Assembly: GCA_951406725.2 (NCBI GenBank)
Contig: OX597831.1
Location: 1 to 64,000 of the forward strand
DNA from: Octopus vulgaris
Taxonomy: Eukaryota
Direction of reading: 5' to 3'
DNA: 64,000 nt
Each line of letters starts with the position of its first letter. Positions within the stretch are counted from its first letter, which is position 1. The notes under the pieces were generated by a model. That model searched no databases. It saw nothing but the letters and a program-made list of their open reading frames with translations, and was not told the DNA's origin. A program made the position numbers and the translations under genes. Positions 55,910 through 64,000 of the stretch are shown piece by piece.

Positions 55910-58515
55910 AAAGAACCTATAAATAGAATCTATAAATAGAATCTAAAAATAGAATCTATAAATATAATCTATAAATAAATAAAAAATATAAAAAAATAAA
56001 TAAATAGAATATATAAATAGATTCTATAAATAGAACAAATAAACTAAAAATTGAACAAATAAACTAAAAATAGGACAAATAATCGAAAAATAGGACAAAT
56101 AATCTAAAATAGAACAGCAACTAAAAATAGGACAGAAAAAAATAAATAGAACAAGTAAACTAAAAATCGAACAAATAAACTAAAAATAGGTCAAATAAAC
56201 TAAAAATAGAACAGCAACTAAAAATAGAACAAATAAACTAAAAATAGAACAAATAAACTAGAAATAGATCAACTAAAAATAGAACAAATAAACTAAAAAT
56301 AGAACAAATAAACTAGAAATAGATCAACTAAAAATAGAACAAGTAAACTAAAAATAGAAAAAAAAACTAAAAATAGGACAAATAAACTAAAAATAGAACA
56401 AATGAATTAAAAATAGAACAAATAAACTAAAAATAGAACAAGTAAACTAAAAATAGAAAAAATAAACTAAAAATAGGACAAATAAACCAAAAATAGAACA
56501 AATAAACTAAAAATAGAACAGCAACTAAAAATAGGACAAATAAACTAAAAATAGAACAAATAAACTAAAAAGAGAACAAATAAACTCAAAATAGAACAAA
56601 TAAACTAAGAATAGGACGGCAACTAAAAATAGGACAAATAAACTAAAAATAGAACAAAGAAACTAAAAATAGAAAAAAACTAAAAATAGGACAAATAAAC
56701 TAAAAATAGAACAGCAACTAAAATAGGACAAATAAACTAAAAATAGAACAAATAAACTAAAAATTGAACAGCAACTGAAAATAGGACAAATAAACTAAAA
56801 ATTGAACAGCAACTAAAAATAGGACAAATAAACTAAAAATAGAACAAGTAAACTGAAAATATAAAAAATAAACTAAAAATAGGACAAATAAACTAAAAAT
56901 AGAACAGATAAACTAAAGATAGAACAAATAAACTAAAAATAGAACAGCAACTAAAACAGGACAAATAAACTAAAAATAAAACAAATTTATTTATAGATAC
57001 TATTTATAGATTCCATTTATAGATTCTATTTATAGATTCTATAGATTATATTTATTTATATAGAATATAACTATTTTTAGTTGCTGATTTAATAAACTAA
57101 AAATAGAACATATAAACTAAAAATAGAACAAATAAACTAAAAATAGAACAGCAACTAAAATAGGACAGATAAGCTAAAAATAGAACAAATAAACTAAAAA
57201 TAGAACAAATAAACTAGAAATAGATCAACTAAAAATAGGACAAATAAACTAACATTAGAAAAGCAACTAAAAATAGGACAAATAAACTAAAAATAGAACA
57301 AGTAAACTAAAAATAGAAAAAAACTAAAAATAGGACAAATAAACTAAAAATAGGACAGATAAACTAAAAATAGAACAAATAAACTAAAAATAGAACAAGT
57401 AAACTAAAAATAGAAAAAATAAACTAAAAATAGGACAAATAAACCAAAAATAGAACAAATAAACTAAAAATAGAACAGCAACTAAAAATAGGACAAATAA
57501 ACTAAAAATAGAACAAATAAACTAAAAAGAGAACAAATAAACTAAAAATAGAACAAATAAACTAAGAATAGAACGGCAACTAAAAATAGGACAAATAAAC
57601 TAAAAATAGAACAAAGAAACTAAAAATAGAACAAATAAACTAAAAATAGGACATTTAAACTAAAAATAGAACAGCAACTAAAATAGGACAAATAAACTAA
57701 AAATAGAACAAATAAACTAAAAATAGAACAGCAACTGAAAATAGGACATATATACTAAAAATTGAACAGCAACTAAAAATAGGACAAATAAACTAAAAAT
57801 AGAACAAGTAAACTGAAAATATAACAAATAAACTAAAAATAGGACAAATAAACTAAAAATAGAACAGATAAACTAAAGATAGAACAAATAAACTAAAAAT
57901 AGAACAGCAACTAAAACAGGACAAATAAACTAAAAATAAAACAAATTTATTTATAGATACTATTTATAGATTCCATTTATAGATTCTATTTATAGATTCT
58001 ATTTATAGATTATATTTATTTATAAAGAATATAACTATTTTTAGTTGCTGTTTTAATAAACTAAAAATAGAACAAATAAACTAAAAATAGAACAAATAAA
58101 CTAAAAATAAAACAGCAACTAAAAATAGGACAAATAAACTAAAAATAGAACAGCAACTAAAAGTAGTTATATTCTATATGCATAAATAGAATCTATAAAT
58201 AGTATCTATACATAGAATCTATAAATAGAATCTATAAATAGAATCTATAAATAGAATCTATAAATAGAATCTATAAATAGTATCTATAAATAGAATTTAT
58301 AAATAGAATCTATAAATAGAATCTATAATTAGTAGCTATTAAATAGAAGCTATAAATAGAAGCTATAAATAGAAGCTATAAATAAATATATAAATAAATA
58401 AATAGTATCTATAAATAGAATCTAGAAATAAAATCTATAAATACAATCTATGAGGAGAATCTATAAATATAATCTATAAATAGTATCTATAAATAGAATC
58501 TACAAATAGAATCTA

Positions 58516-58546
<31 letters not shown>

Positions 58547-59543
58547 AAAGTATCTTTAAATAGAATCTATAAATAGTATCTATAAATAGAATCTATGAAT
58601 AAAATAAATAAATAGAACAAATAAACTAAAAATAGAACAAATACACTAAAAATAGGAAAAATAATCTAAACATAGGACAAATAAACTAGAAATAGAACAG
58701 CAACTTAAAATAGGACAAATAAACTAAAAATAGAACAATTAAACTAAAAATTGAACAAATAAACTAAAAATAGGTCAAAAAACTAAAAATAGAACAGCAA
58801 CTAAAAATAGGACAAATAAACTAAAAATAGAACAAGTAAACTGAAAATATAACAAATAAACTAAAAATAGGACAAATAAACTAAAAATAGAACAGATAAA
58901 CTAAAGATAGAACAAATAAACTAAAAATAGAACAGCAACTAAAACAGGACAAATAAACTAAAAATAAAACAAATTTATTTATAGATACTATTTATAGATT
59001 CCATTTATAGATTCTATTTATAGATTCTATTTATAGATTATATTTATTTATATAGAATATAACTATTTTTAGTTGCTGTTTTAATAAACTAAAAATAGAA
59101 CAAATAAACTAAAAATAGAACAAATAAACTAAAAATAAAACAGCAACTAAAAATAGGACAAATAAACTAAAAATAGAACAGCAACTAAAAGTAGTTATAT
59201 TCTATATGCATAAATAGAATCTATAAATAGTATCTATACATAGAATCTATAAATAGAATCTATAAATAGAATCTATAAATAGAATCTATAAATAGAATCT
59301 ATAAATAGTATCTATAAATAGAATTTATAAATAGAATCTATAAATAGAATCTAAAATTAGTAGCTATTAAATAGAAGCTATATATAGAAGCTATAAATAG
59401 AAGCTATAAATAAATATATAAATAAATAAATAGTATCTATAAATAGAATCTAGAAATAAAATCTATAAATACAATCTATGAGGAGAATCTATAAATATAA
59501 TCTATAAATAGTATCTATAAATAGAATCTACAAATAGAATCTA

Positions 59544-59574
<31 letters not shown>

Positions 59575-60989
59575 AAAGTATCTTTAAATAGAATCTATAA
59601 ATAGTATCTATAAATAGAATCTATGAATAAAATAAATAAATAGAACAAATAAACTAAAAATAGAACAAATACACTAAAAATAGGAAAAATAATCTAAACA
59701 TAGGACAAATAAACTAGAAATAGAACAGCAACTTAAAATAGGACAAATAAACTAAAAATAGAACAATTAAACTAAAAATTGAACAAATAAACTAAAAATA
59801 GGTAAAAAAAACTAAAAATAGAACAGCAACTAAAAATAGGACAAATAAACTAAAAATAGAACAAATAAACTAAAAATAGAACAAATAAACTAAAAATAGG
59901 ACAAATAAACTAAAAATAGAACAGATAAACTAAAAATAGAACAAATAAACTAAAATTAGAACAGCAACTAAAATAGGACAAATAAAGTAAAAATAGAGCA
60001 AATAAACTAAAAATAGAACAAATAAACTAAAAATAGGACAAATAAACTAAAAATAGAACAGCAACTAAAAATAGGACAAATAAACTAAAAATTGAACAAG
60101 TAAACTAAAAATAGAAAAAATAAACTAAAGCTAGGACAAATAAACTAACAATAGGACAAATAAACTAAAAATAGAGCAGCAACTATAAATAGGACAAATA
60201 AACTAAAAATAGAACAAATAAACTAAAAATAGAACAGCAACTAAAAATAGGACAAATAAACTAAAAATAGAACAAATAAACTAAAAATAGAACAAATGAA
60301 CTTAAAATAGAACAGCAACTAAAAATAGGACAAATAAACTAAAAATAGAACAGCAACTAAAAATAGTTATATTCTATATGCATAAATAGAATCTATACAT
60401 AGAATCTATACATAGAATCTATACATAGACTCTATAAATAGAATCTATAATTAGTAGCAATAAAATAGAAGCTATAAATAGAAGCTATATATAGAAGCTA
60501 TAAATAAATTAATAAATAAATAGTATCTATAAATAGAATCTAAAAATAGAATCTATAAATAGAATCTATAAAAAAAATCTATAAATAGAATCTATAAATA
60601 GAATCTATAAATAGTATCTATAAATAGAATCAATAAATAGAATCTACAAATAGAATCTATAAATAAAAAAATAAATATATAAATAAATAAATAAATAAAT
60701 TGAATCTATAAATAGAATCTACAGATAGAATCTATAAATAGAATCTATAAATAGAATCTATAAATAGAATCTATAATTAGTAGCTATTAAATAGGAGCTA
60801 TAAATAGAAGCTATAAATAGAAGCTATAAATGGAAGCTATAAATAAATAAAAAAATAAATAAATAATATCTATAAATAGAATCTATAAATAGAATCTATA
60901 AATAGAATCTATTAATAGAATCTATAAATAGAATCTATAAATAGAATCTATAAATAGTATCTATAAATAGAAACTATAAATAGAATCTA

Positions 60990-61020
<31 letters not shown>

Positions 61021-61469
61021 ATAGAATCTATAAATAGAATCTATAAATAAATAAATAAATAAATAAATATATATATAAATAGAATCTATAAATAGAATCT
61101 TTAAATAGAATCTATAAATAGAATCTATAAATAGAATCTATAATTAGAATCTATAAATAGAATCTATAATTAGTAGCTATTAAATAGAAGCTATAAATAG
61201 AAGCTATAATTAGAAGCTATAAATAGAAGCTATAAATAAATAAATAAATAAATAAATATTATCTATAAATAGAATCTAAAATAGAATCTATAAATAGAAT
61301 CTATAAATAGAATCTATAAATAGAATCTATAAATAGAATCTATAAATAGAATCTATAAATAGAATCTATAAATAGTATCTATAAATAGAATCTAAAAATA
61401 GAATCTATAAATAGAATCTAAAATAAATAAATAAATAAATAAATAAATAGAATCTATAAATAGAATCTA

Positions 61470-61500
<31 letters not shown>

Positions 61501-63744
61501 ATAGAATCTATAAATAGAATCTTTAAATAGAATCTATAAATAGAATCTATAAATAGAATCTATAAATAGAATCTATATTTAGTAGCTTTTAAATAGAAGC
61601 TATAAATAGAAGCTATAATTAGAAGCTATAAATAGAAGCTATAAATAAATAAATAAATAAATATTATCTATAAATAGAATCTAAAATAGAATCTATAAAT
61701 AGAATCTATAAATAGAATCTATAAATAGAATCTATAAATAAAATCTATAAATAGAATCTATAAATAGAATCTATAAATATAATCTATAAATATAATCTAT
61801 AAATAGAATCTATAAATAGAATCTATAAATATAATCTATAAATAGTATCTATAAATAGAATCTACAAATAGAATCTATAAATAAATAAATAAATAAATAA
61901 ATATATAAAAAAAAGAACCTATAAATAGAATCTATAAATAGAATCTATAAATAGAATCTATAAATAGAATCTATAAATAAAATAAATAAATAAATAAATA
62001 AATAGAATCTATAATTAGAATCTATACATAGAATCTATAAATAGAATCTATTAATAGAATCTATAAATAGAATCTATAAATAGAATCTATAAATAATATC
62101 TATAAATAGAATCTAAAATTAGAATCTATACATAGAAGCTATAAATAAATAAAAAATAAAAAATAAATAAATAAATAGAATCTAAAAATAGAATCTATAA
62201 ATAGAATCTATAAATAGAATCTATAAATAGAATCTATAAATAGAATCTATTAATAGAATCTATAAATAGAATCTATAAATAGAATCTATAAATAGAATCT
62301 ATTAATAGAATCTATAAATAGAATCTATAAATAGTATCTATAAATAGAATCTAAAAATAGAATCTATAAATAAAATAAATAAATAAATAAATAAATAGAA
62401 TCTATAATTAGAATCTATAAATAGAATCTATAAATAGAATCTATTAATAGAATCTATAAATAGAATCTATAAATAGTATCTATAAATAGAATCTAAAAAT
62501 AGAATCTATAAATATAATCTATAAATAAATAAAAAATTTTAAAAAAATAAATAAATAGAATCTATAAATAGAATCTATAAATAGAACAAATAAACTAAAA
62601 ATAGAACAAATAAACTAAAAATAGGACAAATAATCTAAAAATAGGACAAATAATCTAAAATAGAACAGCAACTAAAAATAGGACCAAAAAAATAGAACGT
62701 GTAAAGTAAAAATCGAACAAATAAACTAAAAATAGAACAAATAAACTAAAAATAGAACAGCAACTAAAAATAGGACAAACAAACTAAAATTAGAACAGCA
62801 ACTAAAAATAGGACAAATAAACTAAAAATAGAACAAGTAAACTTAAAATAGAGAAAATGAACTAAAAATAGGACAAATAAACTAAAAATAGAACAAATAA
62901 ACTAAAAATAGAACAGCAACTAAAAATAGGACAAATAAACTAAAAATAGTACAAATAAACTAAAAATAGAACAGAAAAACTAAAAAAAATAACAAATAAA
63001 CTAAAAATAGAACAGCAACTAAAATAGGACAAATAAAGTAAAAATAGAGCAAATAAACTAAAAATAGAACAGCAACTAAAAATAGGACAAATAAACTAAA
63101 AATTGAACAAGTAAACTAAAAATAGATAAAATAAACTAAAGCTAGGACAAATAAACTAAAAATAGAACAAATAAACTAAAAATAGAACAGCAACTAAAAA
63201 TAGTACAAATAAACTAAAAATAGAACAAATAAACTAAAAATAGAACAGCAACTAAAATAGGACAAATAAACTAAAAATAGAACAAATAAACTAAAAATAG
63301 AACAAATGAACTTAAAATAGAACAGCAACTAAAAATAGTTATATTCTATATGCATAAATAGAATCTATACATAGAATCTATACATAGAATCTATACATAG
63401 ACTCTATAAATAGAATCTATAATTAGTAGCAATAAAATAGAAGCTATAAATAGAAGCTATATATAGAAGCTATAAATAAATTAATAAATAAATAGTATCT
63501 ATAAATAGAATCTAAAAATAGAATCTATAAATAGAATCTATAAATAAAATCTATAAATAGAATCTATAAATAGAATCTATAAATAGTATCTATAAATAGA
63601 ATCAATAAATAGAATCTACAAATAGAATCTATAAATAAATAAATAAATATATAAATAAATAAATAAATAAATTGAATCTATAAATAGAATCTACAGATAG
63701 AATCTATAAATAGAATATATAAAAAAATCTATAAATAGAATGTA

Positions 63745-63775
<31 letters not shown>

Positions 63776-64000
63776 AGAGAATCTATAAATAGAATCTATA
63801 AATAGAATCTATAATTAGTAGCTACTAAATAGGAGCAATAAATAGAAGCTATAAATAGAAGCTATAAATAGAAGCTATAAATAGAAGCTATAAATAAATA
63901 AAAAAATAAATAAATAATATCTATAAATAGAATCTATAAATAGAATCTATAAATAGAATCTATTAATAGAATCTATAAATAGAATCTATAAGTAGAATCT
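19223..64000 (+). repeat. AT-rich compound satellite, A-rich orientation, with ~5.2-5.7 kb higher-order repeat; runs off the window end
   Basis: 20-mer blocks lie at ~22150-23555, 23973-25070, 27513-28962, 29434-30379, 31866-32683, 35334-36233, 36567-37490, 40683-41578, 42024-42414, 46111-46798, 47169-48173, 51663-52442, 52814-53817, 56029-58166, 58611-59194, 59639-60366 and 62579-63338. 13-mer and (AAAT)n blocks fill the gaps. Confidence 0.97.
23371..23480 (-). repeat. Locally inverted ~110-bp cassette inside the A-rich satellite (also ~28741-28851, 56984-57090, 57944-58054, 58973-59082)
   Basis: Reads TTATTTATAGATACTATTTATAGATTCCATTTATAG...TAGAATATAACTATTTTTAGTTGCTGTTTT, i.e. opposite to its flanks. 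Confidence 0.92.

Noticed and set aside
9206-64000. Telomeric repeat, mitochondrial control region or AT-rich organellar DNA
   Set aside because: There are no G-rich telomere units, genes or tRNAs. A 55-kb hierarchical tandem structure fits nuclear satellite.
19223-64000. Numerous AATAAA polyadenylation signals and TATA boxes as real gene signals
   Set aside because: They are intrinsic to the (AAAT)n, 13-mer and 20-mer monomers, and no associated gene is present.
1-64000. Synthetic TF-site reporter array
   Set aside because: Hierarchical divergence, inversions, subfamilies and SINE-like fragments indicate natural evolution. No vector sequence is present.

Overview
This window is entirely repetitive, non-coding, eukaryotic-type DNA. 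I find no credible gene, and every ORF in the track is a by-product of tandem repeats. It has two domains. (1) 1-~9205 is GC/CpG-rich and built from a ~1.5-2.1 kb super-unit: [22-bp satellite with a TGCGCATGCGCG core] + [tandem 152-bp monomers] + [74-bp linker], with an inversion at ~8362. From memory, the 152-mer and the linker match pieces of an abundant octopus tRNA-derived SINE: the 152-mer is head fused to tail, and the linker is the central part in antisense. This is not database-verified. (2) ~9206-64000 is an extremely AT-rich compound satellite of alternating 13-bp (CTATAAATAGAAT) and 20/18-bp (CTAAAAATAGAACAAATAAA) blocks plus (AAAT)n. It is organised as a ~5.2-5.7 kb higher-order repeat, switches strand at ~19223 to form a multi-kb inverted repeat, and carries a ~110-bp inverted insertion in some copies only. 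Most striking: all three short monomers carry consensus metazoan transcription-factor sites (NRF1 in the 22-mer, MEF2 CTA(A/T)4TAG in both AT monomers, forkhead-type in the 20-mer). Block boundaries were read by eye and are approximate (about +/-20 bp).
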